DNA from: the human T2T-CHM13v2.0 reference genome, Homo sapiens
Reading direction: 5' to 3' (one strand)
DNA length: 64,000 bases
Assembly (NCBI RefSeq): GCF_009914755.1
Contig: NC_060937.1
Notes under the pieces: model-generated
Told to the model about the DNA's origin: nothing
What the model saw: the letters and a program-made list of their open reading frames with translations, nothing else
Databases searched by the model: none
Shown: positions 31,701 through 46,700 of the stretch, in pieces
Layout of the letters: each line of letters begins with the position of its first letter
Numbering within the stretch: position 1 is the stretch's first letter
Position numbers and translations under genes: made by a program

Positions 31701-34700
31701 CCATTTCATTCCACTTCTTTCCACACCACTCCACTCCACTCTACTCCACTACATTCCATTATATCCGATTCCATTCCACTCAATTCCACTCCTCTCCTCT
31801 CCACTGCACTCCACTCCTCTCCATTCCACTCCATCCCATTCCATTCCGCTCCATTCCACTCCATTCCAATGAACTCCACTCCACCCGACTCCACTCCACA
31901 TCATTCAATTCCATTCCATCCCATTCTATTCCTCGCCATTCCACTCCACTCCACTCCACTTCACTCCACTCCACTCCACTCCAGTCCACCCCATTCCATT
32001 CCATTCCATTCCATTCCATTCCACTGCATTCCATTCCATTCCTTTCTTTTGAGACTATCTCTCTCTCTGACACAGCCTGGAGTACAGTGGCACAATCTCA
32101 GCTCCCATTTCATTTCTCCATTCCATTCCATTCCATTCCACTCCACTCCATTCCATTCCATTCCATTCTACTCTACTCCACTCCACTCCAATCCATGCCT
32201 CTCCACTCCTCTCCATTCCACTGCACTCCACTCCTTTCCATTCCATCCCATTCCATTCCACTCTTTCCACTCCACTCCACTCCAATCCATTCCATTAAAT
32301 TCCACTCCATTCCATTCCATTCCACTCCATTACATTCCATTCCACTCCATTCCATTACATTCTTTTCTTTTGACAGGATCTCACTGTGTCACCTAGGCTG
32401 GTGTGCAGTGGCACAATAACAGCTCACATTTTATTTCACAATTCCACTCCATTTCATTCTATTCCACTGCACTCCACTCCACTCCACTCAATTCAACTCC
32501 ACTCAACTTCAATCCATTCCATTCCATTCCATTCTAATCCCTTCCATTCCACTCCTTTTCTTCGACAGGATCTCCCTCTGTCACATGCTGTAACGCAGTG
32601 GCACAATTTCAGCACGCATTTCTTTTCACCATTCCATTGCATTCCATTCTATTCCACTCCACTCCCCTCCACTCCTTTCCACTCAACTCCACTCCATTCC
32701 ATTCCACACTACTCCACTCCACTCCATTTCATTCCATCCCATTCCATTCCACTCCTTTCCACTCCATTCCACTACATGCCATTCCATTCCACACCATTCC
32801 ATTCCGATATTTTCTTTCGACAGGATCTCACTCTGTCACCGAGACTGGAGTGCAGTGGCACAATTTTAGCTCACATTTCATTTCACCTTTCCATTTCACT
32901 CCATTCCATTCCATTCCATTCCATTCCATTCCATTCCATTCCAACCCATTCCATTCCATTTCTTTCCTTTGACAGGATCTCACTGTGTCAAAAAAGGCTG
33001 GAATACAGTGGCACAATATCAGCTCACATTTCATTTCACCATTCCGTTCCATTCCATTCCATTCCATTCCATTCCACTCCATTCCACTCCACTCCAATCG
33101 AATCCACTCCACTCCACTCCACTCCACTCCATTACATTCCATCCCATTCCATTTCACTCCACTCCTCTCCACTCCACTCCAGTCAACTCCATTCCATTCC
33201 ATTCCATCCCATTCCATTCAACTCCATTACAATCCATTCCACTCCACTCCCCTGCAGTCCATTCGATTCCATTCCATTCCATTTTACTCCATTCCATTCC
33301 ATTCCTAACTTTCTACAAGATCTCACTGTGTAACCCAGGCTGGAGTGCAGTGGCACTATCTCAGCTCACATTTAATTTCACCATCCATTCCTTTGCATTC
33401 CATTGCATTGCATTGCATTGCATTCCATTCCATTGTATTTCATTGCATTCCATTGAATTCCATTCCATTAAATTCCATTGCATTACATTCAATTGTATTC
33501 CTTTCAATTCCATTCCATCCCATTCCATTCCACTTCCGTGAACTGCATTCCACTCCACTCCACTGCATTCCATTCCATTCAATTTCATTCCACTCCACTT
33601 CACTGCATTCCATTCCACTCCATTTCATTCCACTCCAATTCACTCCACTCCACGCCACTCCATTCCATTCCATCCAATTCCATTCAACTGCATTCCACTA
33701 TACACCATTCCACTCCATGCCACTCCACTCCACTCCATTCCATTCCATTCCTCCCCACTCCACTCCACTCAACTCCCCTCCACTCCGCTCCTCCCCATTC
33801 CATTCCATTCCATCCCTTTCCATTCCACTCCATTGAATTCCATTCCATTCCATTCCTCCCCACTCCACTCCACTCAACTCCCCACCACTCCGCTCCTCCC
33901 CATTCCATTGCATTCCATCCCTTTCCATTCCACTCCACTCTACTCCACTCCACTCCACTCCATTCCATTCCACTCCATCACATTCTGTTCCACTCTATTC
34001 CACTCCACTCCACTCCTTTCCATTCAATTCCATTCCACTTCATTCCATTCCATTCCGTTCTTTTGAGAGGTTCTCACTCTGTCACCCAGGCTGGAGTGTG
34101 GTGGCACAATATCACCTCACATTTCATTTCACTATAGCTTTCAATTCTATTCCATTCCACTCCACTCGACTCCATTCCATTCTACACCACTCCACTGCAC
34201 TCCACCCCACTCCGTTCCACTCCACTGAATTCCATTCCATTTCATCCCATTCCATTCCACTCCTGTGAACTCCACTCCACTCCACTGCATTCCATTCCAT
34301 TCCATTTCATTCCATTCCATTCCATTGCATTCCATTCCATACCATTCCACTAAATTCCATTCCTTCCCATTCAATTCCGTTCCATCCCTTTCCATTCCAC
34401 TCCTGTGAACTCCACTCTACTCCACTCCTCTGCATTCCATTTCATCCCATTCCATTCCACTCATTCCACTATACTCCACTCCACTCCAATCCACTCCAAT
34501 CCTTTCCATTCCATTGCATTCCAGTCCTTTCCATTCCATTCTTTCTTTCAAGAGTATTTCACTCTGTCACTCATGCTGGAGTGCAGTGGCACAATCTCAA
34601 CTCATATTTCAATTCATCATTCCATTCTATTCCATTCCATTCCTTTCTATTCCATTCAATTCCATTCCACCACATTCCATTCCACTCCACTCCACTCCAC

Positions 34701-37700
34701 TTCACTCGACTCCACTCCATTCCATTCGATTCAATTTCACTCCTCTCTACTCCATTCCTCTCCACCCAACTCCACTCCATACCATTCAATTCCATCCAAT
34801 TCCATACCATTCCACTCATCTCCCCAACACTCCACTCCACTCCCCTCCACTTCCTTCCATTCCATTCCATTCTATTCCATTCCTCGCCATTCCACTCCAT
34901 TCCATTTCACTCCACTCCACTCCACTCCAGTCCACTCCATTCCATTCCATTCCACTGCATTCCATTCCATTCCTTTCTTTCGAGAGTATATCACTGTGTG
35001 ACCTAGCCTGGAGCACTGTGGCACAATCTCAGCTCACATTTCATTTCTCCATTCCATTCCATTCCACTCCACTCCACTCCATTCCATTCCACTCCACTCC
35101 ACTCCATTCCACTGCACTCCACTCCAATCCATGCCACTCCACTCCACTCCTCTCCATTCCAGTCCACTCCAATCCTTTCCATTCCATCCCTTTCCATTCC
35201 ACACCTTTCCACTCCATTCAATTCCATTCCATTCCATTCCATTGCACTCCATTCCATTCCATTCTTTTCCTTTGAGAGGATCTCACTGTGTCAAAAATCC
35301 TGTAATACATTGACACAATCTCAGCTCACATTTCTTTCACCATTCCATTGCATTCCATTCCATTTCATTCCATTCCATTCCACTCCACTCCATTCAACTC
35401 CTCTCCGCTCCACTCCACTCCCCTCCATTGCATTCCATTCCAGTCCATCCATTCCATTCCATACCATTCCACTCCATTCCACTCCACTCCATTCAAGTCC
35501 ACTCCACTCCACTCCACTCCTTTCCATTCCATCCCATTCCATTTTCCTTCATTCCTCTCCACTCCACTCCGGTCCACTCCATTCCATTCCACTCCAACCC
35601 ATTCAATTCCTCTCCATTCCACTCCATTCCACTCCACTTCACTCCACTCCATTCTATTCCATTCCATTCCGTTTCACTGCTTTCCATTCCATTCCTTTCT
35701 GTCGACAGACTCTCACTGTGTCACCCTGGCTGGAGTGCAGTGGCACTATCTCAGCTCACATTAAATTTCACCATCCATTCCTTTGCATTCCATTGCATTC
35801 CATTCCATTTCATGCCATTGCATTCCATTCCTTTCCATTGCATTGCATTCCATTCAATTCTATTCCACTTCTGTGAACTCCGCTCTACTCCACTGCATTC
35901 CATTCCGTTCAATTCCTTTCCATTCCATTCCATTCCATTCCATTCCATTCCACTGCACTCCACTCCACTTAATTCCATTCCATTCCACTCCATTCCACTG
36001 TACTCCACTCCACTCCACTATACTCCACTCCACTCCACTGTACTCCACTCTACTCCACTATACTCCACTCCACTCCACGCCACTCTACTCCACTCCATTC
36101 CATTCCATTCCTCCCCACTCCACTCAACTCCCTTCCACTCCACTCCTCCCCATTCCATTCCATTCCATCCCTTTCCATTCCACTCAATTCCACTCCACTC
36201 CACTCCATGCCATTCTACTCCATCACATTCCGTTCCACTCTATTCCACTCCACTCCATCCACTGCATTCCATTCCATTCCATTCCACTCCATTCCATTCA
36301 ATTCCTTTCTTTTGAGAAGATCTCACTCTGTCACCAAGGCTGGAGTGCGGTAGCACAATAACACCTCACGTTTCATTTCACCATTGCATTCAATTTCATT
36401 CCATTCCATTCCATTCAACTCCACTCCACTCCATTCCTTTCCATTCTACTCCATTTCACTCCACTCCACTCAACTCCATCCCATTCCTTTCCACTCCACT
36501 CCACTCCACTCCATTCCATTCCATTCCAGTCCCTTCCACTCTACTCAACTCCATTCCACTCCAGTCCAGTCCATTACACTCCATTTCATTACATCCCATT
36601 CCATTCAACTCCATTCCACTCCACCCCACTCCATTCTATTCCATTCCCTCCTTTCCATTCCATTCCATTCCATTCCTTTCCATTCCATTCCATTCCATTG
36701 CATTCCACTCCAATCCATTCCATTGCTTTCTTTCGACAGGATCTCACTCTGTCACCCAGGATGGAGTGCAGAGGCAAGATCTCAGCTCAGATTTCATTTC
36801 ACCATTCTATTCCACTCTATTCCACTCCATTCCATTCCATTCCATTCCAGTCCACTCCTCTCCACTCCACCCCACTCCACTCCACTCCATTCCATTCCAT
36901 TGCATTCTACTCTACTCCTCTCCACTCTATTCCATTCCATCCCTTTCCATTCCACTCCATTGCATTCCACTTCACTCCACTCTGCTCCACCCCATTCCAT
37001 TCCACTCCTTCCCATCTCATTCCATGCCAGTCCATTCCACTCTACTCCACTCCACTGCATTCTAATCCATTCCATTCCAGTCCATTCCACTCCACTCCAC
37101 TCCACTGCATTCTACTCCATTCTATTCCACTCCAATCCGTTCTATTCCTTTCTGTCGACATGATCTCACTCCATCACCCAGGATGGAGTTAAGCACCATA
37201 ATCTCAGCTATCATTTCATTTCACGATTCCATCCCATTCCATTCCACTCCATTCCATTCCATTACATTACATTCCTTCCAATTCCACTGCATTCCACTCC
37301 ACTCCAATGAACTCCTCTGCACTCAATTACATTCCCCTCCATTCCATTCCATTCCATTGCAATCGATTCCACTCCACTCCACTCCATTCCATCCCATTGA
37401 ATTCCACTCGATTCCACTTCACTCCACTCCACACCACTCCTCACCCCTCCTTTACATTCCGCTCCACCCCATTCCATTCCACTGCACTCCACTCGACTCC
37501 AGTCAAATCCAGTCCACTCCACTCAGCTCCACTCCACTCCACTCCATTCCATTCCATTCAACTCCATTCAATTCCATTCCTTTCTTTCGACAAGGTCTCA
37601 TTCTGTCACCCAGCCTGGGGTGCAGTGGCACTATATCCGCTAGCATTTCATTTCACATTCCTTTCCATTGCATTCCATTCCATTGCATTCAATTGCATTA

Positions 37701-40700
37701 TGTTCCTTTAAGTTCCATTCCATCCCATTCCATTCCACTCCTACACACTCCAGTCCACTTCACTCCACTGCACTCCATTCCATTCCTTTCAATTCCATTC
37801 CTTTCAATTCCATTCCACTCCTCTCCACTCTACTCTGCTCCATTCCATTCCATTCCATCCCATTCAATTTCACTATACTGCACTCCACTCTACTGCACTC
37901 CACTCCACTCCACTCCACTCCACTCCATTCCATTCCATTCCATTCCATTCCATTCCATTCCATTCCGTTCCATTCCATTCCATTCCGTTCCATTCCACTC
38001 CTTTCCATTCCATTCCTTTCCTTCGACCGGATCTCACTGTTTCTCCCAGGCTGGAGCGCAGTGGCACAATCTCAGCTCATATTTCATTTCATCATTCCAT
38101 TCTATTCCATTCCTTTCCTTTCCATTCCATTCTATTCCATTACACTCCACCCCAATCCACTCTACTCCACTCCACTCCATTCCATTCCACTCCATTCCAT
38201 TCCATTCCACTCTATTCCACTCTTCTTCACTCCAATGCACTCCACTCCATTCCATTTCATCCAATACCATTCCTTTCCACTCCTCGTCCCTTCTCTATTC
38301 CACTCCGTTCCACTTCGTTCCATTCAATTCCTTCCAATTCCGTTCAATTCCACTCCACTCCATTCCGCTCTGCTCCTCTCCTCTCCTCTCCATTCCATTC
38401 CAGTCCATTCCATTCCATTCCATTCCATTCCTTTCCTTTCCATTCCATTCCATTCCATTCCTTTCCTTTCCTTTCCTTTCCTTTCCATTCCACTCTATTC
38501 CATTCCATTCCTTACATTCGACAGGATCTCACTCTGTCACACAGTCTGGAGTGCAGTGGCAGAATCTCAGGTCACATTTCATTTCACTATTCCATTCCAT
38601 TCCATTCCATTCCATTCCATTCCATTCCACTTCACCCCTCTCCACTGCACTCCACTCCACTTCATTCCATTCCATTCCACTACATTCCACTCCAGTCCAC
38701 TCCATTCAACTCCACTCTACTTTATTCCATTCCATCGCATTCCATTCCACTCCATCCCACTCCACTCCACTCCACCGCACTCCATTCCATTCCATTCCAT
38801 CCCATTCCATTGCACTCCATTGAACTCCAAACCACTCCACTACACTCCACCCCATTCCATTCCATTCCTTTCTTTCGACAGGATCTCTCTCTGTCACCCA
38901 GGCTGGCGTTAAGTGGCACAAACTCAGCTCACATTTCATTTTACCATTCCATTCCATTCCATTGCATTCCATTCCATTCCATTCCACTCTACTACACTCC
39001 AATCCACTCCACTACACTCCAATCCACTACACTCCATTCCACTCAACTCCATGCCATTCCTTTCCATCCCATTTAATTCCACTCCATTCTGCTCTACTCC
39101 ACTCCAATTCACTCCACTCCACTCCACTCCATGTCATTCCATTGCATCCCATTCCATTCCACTCCTTTCCACTCGACTGCACTGCACTCCACTCCAATCC
39201 AGCCCACTCCAATCCATTCCACTCCATTCTATTCCACTCCACTTTATGCCATCCCTTTCTTTTGATGGGATCTCACTGTGTCAAAAAAGGCTGGAATACA
39301 ATTGCACAATCTCATCTCACATTTCATTTCACCATTACATTGCATTCCATTCCCTTCCATTCCACTCCACTCCATTCCACTGCACTCCACTCCAGTCCAT
39401 TCCACTACACTCTAATCAACTCCACTCCACACCACTACACTCCATTCCACTCCAGTCCACTCTATTCCATTCCATCCCATTTCTTTTCACTCCATTCTTC
39501 TCCACTCCACTCCATTCCATTCCATTCCACTCCATCCCATTCAATTCCACTCCATTCCACTCCACTACACTCCACTCCATTCCATTCCATTCCATTTCAC
39601 TCCATTCCATTCCATTCCTTTTCACTCCATTCCATTCCATTCCTTTCTTTCGACAGGATCTCTGTCACCCAGACCTGGATGTAGTGGCACTATCTCAGCT
39701 TACATTTAATTTCACCATTCGATTCCATTCCATTGCATCCCATTGCACTCCATTGCATTCCGTTCCATTCCATTCAATACCATTCCATCGTGTTTCATTC
39801 CACTCCAGTGAACTCCACTCCTCTGCATTCCATTCCATTCCATTCCACTCCACTCCACTCCACTTCACTTCACTCCATTCCATTCTATCCCATTTCATTC
39901 CAATGTACTCCAATGTACTCCAATTCTCTCCACTCCACTCAATTCCGTTTCATTCATTCCACTCCTTTCCATTCCATTCCTTTGTTTCAACAGGATTTCA
40001 CTCTGTCACACATGTTGGAGTGCAGTGGAACAATCTCAGCTGATATTTCATTTCACCATTCCATTCTATTCTATTCCATTCCTTTCCATTCCGTTCAATC
40101 CATTTCCACTACATTCCATTCCACTCCACTCCACTCCACTGCACTCTATTACATTTCATTGCATGCCATTCCACTCCACTCTTCTCCACTCCTCTCCACG
40201 TCACTCCACTCCAATCCATCCAATTCCATCCAATTTCATTCTACTCCACTACACTTCCCACCACTCCTCTCCACTAAACTCCACTTCATTCCAATCGATT
40301 CCATCCCACTCCATTCCATTCCACTTCACTCCTCTCCACTCCGCTACACTCCATTCCATTCCTTTCCACTCCATTCAATTCCACTCCACTCCACTCCACT
40401 TCACTCCATTCCACTCCATGCCACTGTTTTCCATTCCATTCTATTCCAATCCATTCCATTCCATTCCATTCCATTCTATTCCATTCCATTCCATTCCATT
40501 CCATTCCATTCCATTCCATTCCACTCCGCTTCACTCCAATCCACTCCACTCCACTCCATTCCATTCCATCCCATTGCATTCCACTATACTGCACTCCACT
40601 CCACTCCACTCCACTGCACTCCATTCCATTCTCTTCCACTCCATTCCATTCCACTCCTTCCCATTCCATTCCTTTCTTTCAACAGGATTTCACTCTGTCA

Positions 40701-43700
40701 CCCACGCTGGAGTGCAGTGGTACAATCTCAACTCATATTCCATTTCATCATTCCATTCTATTCCATTCCATTCCTTTCCATTCCATTCAATTCCATTCCA
40801 CTACCTTCCATTCCACTCTACTGCACTCCACTCCACTCGACCCCATTCCTTTCCATTCCACTCCACTATACTCCACTCCTCTCCACTCCACTCCATTCAA
40901 TTCCATACCACTCCACTCCTCTCCCCACCATTCCACTCTACTCCCATCAATTTCATTCCATTCTTTTCCATCCCTTCCATTCCATTCCACTCTGCTCCTC
41001 TCTACTCCCCTACACTCCATTCCATTCAATTTATTTCCAGTCCATTTCATTCCACTCAACTCCACTCCACTACATTCCATTCCATTCCATTCCATTCCAC
41101 TTCTTTCCCTTCCATTCCTTACATTCGACAGGATGTCACTCTGTCACCCAGTCTGGAGTGCAGTGGTAGAATCTCAGCTTACATTTCCTTTCACTATTCC
41201 ATTCCATTCCATTTGATTCCATTCCAGTCCACTCCACTCCACTCCACTGAAATCCAATCCACTCCATTGCATTCCATTCCATTCCACTCCATTCCATTCC
41301 AGTGAACTCCATTCCCTCCACTCCACTCCATTCCATTCCTTCCCATTCCATTCCACTCAATTCCACTCCAGTCCACTTGACTCCACTGCACTCCATTGCA
41401 ATCCACTGCATGGCATTCCAATCCACTGCATTCCACTACACACCACTCCACTCCACTCTGCTCCACTCCAGTGAATTCCATTCCATTCCTTTCTTTTGAC
41501 AGCATCTCACTCTGTTACCCAGGCTGGCATGCAGTGGCACTAACTAGGCTCACATTTCATTTCACCATTCCATTTCATTTTATTCCATTGCATTCCATTC
41601 CATTGCATTCCATTCCATTCCATTCCATTCCATTCCACTCAACTGCTTTCCACTCTACTCCACTCCAATCCAGTCTACTCCACTCCACTCCATGATATTC
41701 CATTCCATCCCATTTCTTTCCACTCCATTCCACTCTACTCCACTTCAATCCACTCCACTGCACTCCATGACATTCCATTCCATCCCATTCCATTCCACTC
41801 CATTGCAGTTGACTCCACTGCACTCCACACCACTCCACTCCACTTCACTCCATTATATTATACTCTATTTCTTTCCATTACTTTCTTTCCACAGGATCTC
41901 ACTCTGTCACAAAGCATGGAGTGCAGTGGCACAATCTCAGTTCACTTTTCATTTCACCGTTCCATTGCATTCCTTTCCATTCCATTCGATTCCACCCTAT
42001 TTCACTCCACTCAACTCCACTCCATTCCATTCCACTGCTTCCCATTCCATTCGACTCCATTTCACTCCGCTCCACTCCACTCTCCTCCACTCCATTCCAT
42101 CCCATTACATTACTTTTCACTCCATTGCATTGCATTCCTTTCTTTCACAGGATATCACTCTGTCACACAGGCTGGAGTGCAGTGGCACAATCTCAGCTAA
42201 CATTACATGTCAACTTTCCTTTGCATTGCAATCTATTCCATTGCAGTCCATTGTATTCCATTCCACTCCACTACACTCCATTCCACTACATCCCATTTCT
42301 TTCTGCTCCATTCCACTGCATTCCACTCCACCCCTCTCCACTCCTCTTCACTCCACTGCACTCCAGTCCACTCCATTCCATTCCAATCCATTGCTTTCCA
42401 TTCCATTCCATTCCATTCCATTCCATTCCATTCCATATGATTCCATTCCATTCCATTCCATTCCACTGCCTTCCATTCCATTATTTTATTTTGAGAGTAT
42501 CTCACTCTGTCACCCAGCCTGGAGTGCAGTGGCACAATCTCAGCTCACATTTCATTTCACTATTCCATTGATTCTTTTCTATTCCATTCCATTCCATTCC
42601 ATTGCATTCCATTCCACTCCACTCCACTCTACTCCACTCCAATCTATTCCACTCCACTCCACTCCAATCCGGTCCACTCCACTCTACTCCACTCCATGCC
42701 AGTACACTCCACTCCTTTCCATGCCATCCAATTCCATTCCAATCATTTCCACTCCACTCCACTCCATTCAACTCCATTCCATTCCTTTCCTTTCCATTCC
42801 ATTCCATTCCATTCTAAATCCATTCCTTTCCATTCCTTTCTTTTGACAGGATCTTACTCTGTCACCCATGCTGGAGTGCAGTGCACAATCTCAGCTCACA
42901 TTTCATTTCACCATTCCATTCCATTCCATGCCATTCCATTCCACTGCACTCCACTCCACTCCATTCCAATCCACTCTGCTCCTATCCATTCTATTCCATT
43001 CCATTCCAATCCCTTCCATTCCACTCCTTTCTTTCGACAGGATCTCCCTCTCTCACACAGCCTGTAGCGCTGTGGCACAATCTCAACACATATTTCTTTT
43101 CACCATTCCATTCCATTCCAATCCATTCCACTCCATTCCATTCCATTCCATTCCACTCCACTCCTCTCCATTCCTTTCCACTCCACTCCACTCCATTCCG
43201 TTCCACTCTACTTCTCTCCATTTCATTCCATCCCATTCCATTCCCCTCCTTTCCAAACCACTCCACTCTATTCCATTCCATTGCACTCCATTCCATTCCA
43301 ATATATTCTTTCAACAGGATCTCACCCTGTCACCCAGGCTCGAGTGCAGTGCCACACTGTCAGCTCACATTTCATTTCCCCATTCCCTTCCCTTCCATTC
43401 CATTCCCTTCCATTCCATTACATTCCATTCGTTTCCATTCCATTCCAATCCCTTCCATTCCACTCCTTTCTTTCGACAGGATCTCCCTCTGTCACACAGC
43501 CTGTAGCACAGTGGCACAATCTCAACACATATTTCTTTTCAGCATTCCATTCGATTCGATTCCATTCCATTCCATTCCAATCCACTCCTCTCCATTCCTT
43601 TCCACTCCACTCCACTCCATTCCGTTGCACTATACTCCACTCCAGTCCACTCCATTTCATTCCATCACATTCCATCCCACTCCTTTCCACTCCACTTTAC

Positions 43701-46700
43701 TCTATTCCATTACATTGCACTCCATTCCATTCCAATATTTTCTTTCGACAGGATCTCACTCTGTCACCCAGGCTGGAGTGCAGTGCCACAATGTCAGCTC
43801 ACATTTCATTTCCCCATTCCCTTCCCTTCCATTCCCTACCCTTCCCTTCCATTCCATTCCATTCCATTCCTTTCCATTCCATTCCACTCCACTCCACTCC
43901 ACTCCATTCTATTCCATTCTTTTCCACTCCATTCCATTCCAATATTTTCTTTCGACAGGATCTCACTCTGTCACCCAAAATGGAGTGCAATTACAAAATC
44001 CCAGCTCACATTTCATTTCACTATTCCATTCCATTCCATTCCCCTAAATTCCATTCCACTCCACTCCACTCAACTTCACTCCACGCCACTCCACTCCACT
44101 CCACGCCACTCCAGCCATTCCATTCTACTCCATTCCATTCCATTCCTTTATTTCGAAATGGATCTCACTCTGTAACCCAGACTGGAGTGCAGTGGCACAA
44201 ACTTAGATCACATTTAATGTCTCCATTCCATTCCATTCCATTCCATTAAACCCCATTCCATTGCATTCCATTCCATTCCACCCCATTCCATTCCAATCCC
44301 TCCTTTCGACGGGATATCACTGTTTCAAAAAAGGCTGGAATACAGGGGCACAATCTCAGCTCACATTTCATTTCACCATTCCATTGTATTCCTTTCCTTT
44401 CCATTCCATTCCGTCCCACTACACTCAATTCCACTCCACTCCACTCCTCTCCCCTCCCCCATTCCATTCCATACCATTCCATTCCATTGCATTCCACTCC
44501 ATTCCACTCCACTCCAATCAACTCCACTCCACTCCACTTCACTCCAATCCACTCCACTCCATTCCATTCCATCCCATTCCATTTCACTCCATTTCTCTCC
44601 ACTCCACTCCCATCCACTCCACTCACCTCCACTCCATTACTTCCACTCCATCCCATTCCATTCCACTCCTTTCTATTCCATTCCACTCCACTGCACTCCA
44701 CTCCATTCCATTTCATTCCATTCCATTCCATTTCACTCCATTCCGTTCCATTCCTCTCTTTCGAGAGGATCTCACTCTGTCACCCAGGCTGGAGTGCAGT
44801 GGCAGTATCTCAGATCACATTTCATTTCACCATTGCATTCCATTCCATTGCATTGCATTCCATTCCATTCCATTCCATTCCATTGCAATGCATTCAATTC
44901 CATTCCGTCCCATTCCATTCAACTCCTGCGAACTCCACTCCACTCCACTCCACTGCATTCCATTCCATTCCATTCCATTCCATTCAATACCATACCATAC
45001 CGTTCCATTCCACTCCACTCCACTCCAATCCATCCCATTCCATCACATTCCATCCCATTCCGTTCCACTCCATTCTACTATAATCCACTCCACTCCACTC
45101 TATTCCATTCCATTCTACACCTGTCCATTCCATTCCTTTCATTCGACAGTATTTCACTCTGTCACACTAGCTGGACTGCAGTGTTAGAATCTCAGCTCAT
45201 ATTTCATTTCATCATTCCATTCTATTCCGTTACATTCCTTTCCATTCCATTCGTTTCCATTCCACTATATTCCATTCCACTCCACTGCACTCCACTCCAC
45301 TCCACTCCACTCCACTCCACTCATCTCCACTCCATTCAATTTCGTTCCATTCCACTCCATTCTACTCCACTCCTCCCCATCCCACTCCACTCCACTATAT
45401 TCTATTCCATCCAATCCATACCATTCCACTCCACCCCAACACTCCACTCCACTCCCCTCCATTTCATTCCATTGGATTCCATCCCATTCCATTCCACTCC
45501 ACTCCCATCCACTCCTCTCCACTCCCTTCCATTCCATTCCTCTCCACTCCATTCCACTCCATTCCACTCCTATCCACTCCACTACATTCCATTCCATTCC
45601 ACTCCACTCCATTTCATTCCTTAAATTCGACAGGATGTCACTCTGTCACCCATTCTGGAGTACAGTGGCAGAATCTCAGCTTACATTTCATTTCGCTAAT
45701 CCATTCCATTCCATTCCATTACACTCCACTCCACTCCACTGCAATCCACTCTACTCCACTCCTTTCCATTCCATTCCACTCCAGTCCATTCCATTCCATT
45801 CCATTGCACTCGACTCCACTCCACTCTCTGCCACTCCACTCCACTGCATTCCATTCCATTACAGTCCATCCCATTCCATTCCACTCCACACCACTCCATT
45901 CCACACCGCTCCACTCCACTCCATTCCATTCCATTTCTTTTTTCGACAGCATCTCACTCTGTCACCCAGGCTGGCGTGCAGTGGCACAAATTCAGCTCAC
46001 ATTTCATTTCACCATTCCATTCCATTCTATTCCATTGCATTCCATTCCTTTGCATTCCATTCCATTGCATTCCATTCCATTCTATTCCACTCGACTCCAT
46101 TCCACTCTCTGCCACTCCAGTCCTCTCCACTCCACTGCACTCGATGGCATTCCATTCCATCCCATTTCATTCCACTCCATTCCACTCTACTCCACTCCAA
46201 TCCACTCCACTCCACCATAATCCTTGCCATTCCATTCCATCACATTCCATTCCACTTCATTCCACTCGACTCCAATCCACTCCCTTCCATTCCATTCCAT
46301 TCCCTTCTATTCCATTCCTCTTTATTCCATTCTATTCCTTTTTTTCCACAAGATCTCACTCTGTCACAAAGACTGGAATGCAGTGGCACAATCTCAGCTC
46401 ACATTTCTTTTCACCATTCCACTGTATTCCATTCTATCCCACTCCATTCCACTCTATTTCACTCCACTCCACTCCACTCCACTACATTCCACTCTATCCC
46501 ATTCCATTCGACTCCATTCCACTCGAATCCACTCCACTCCACTCCACTCCCCTCCATTCCATTCCATTTCACTCCATTGCATTCCATTCCTTTCTTTTGA
46601 CAAGGTATCACTGTGTCACTGAGGCTGGAGTACAGTGGCACAATCTCAGCTCACATTGCATGTCAACTTTCCATTTCATTGCATTCTATTCCATTGCATT

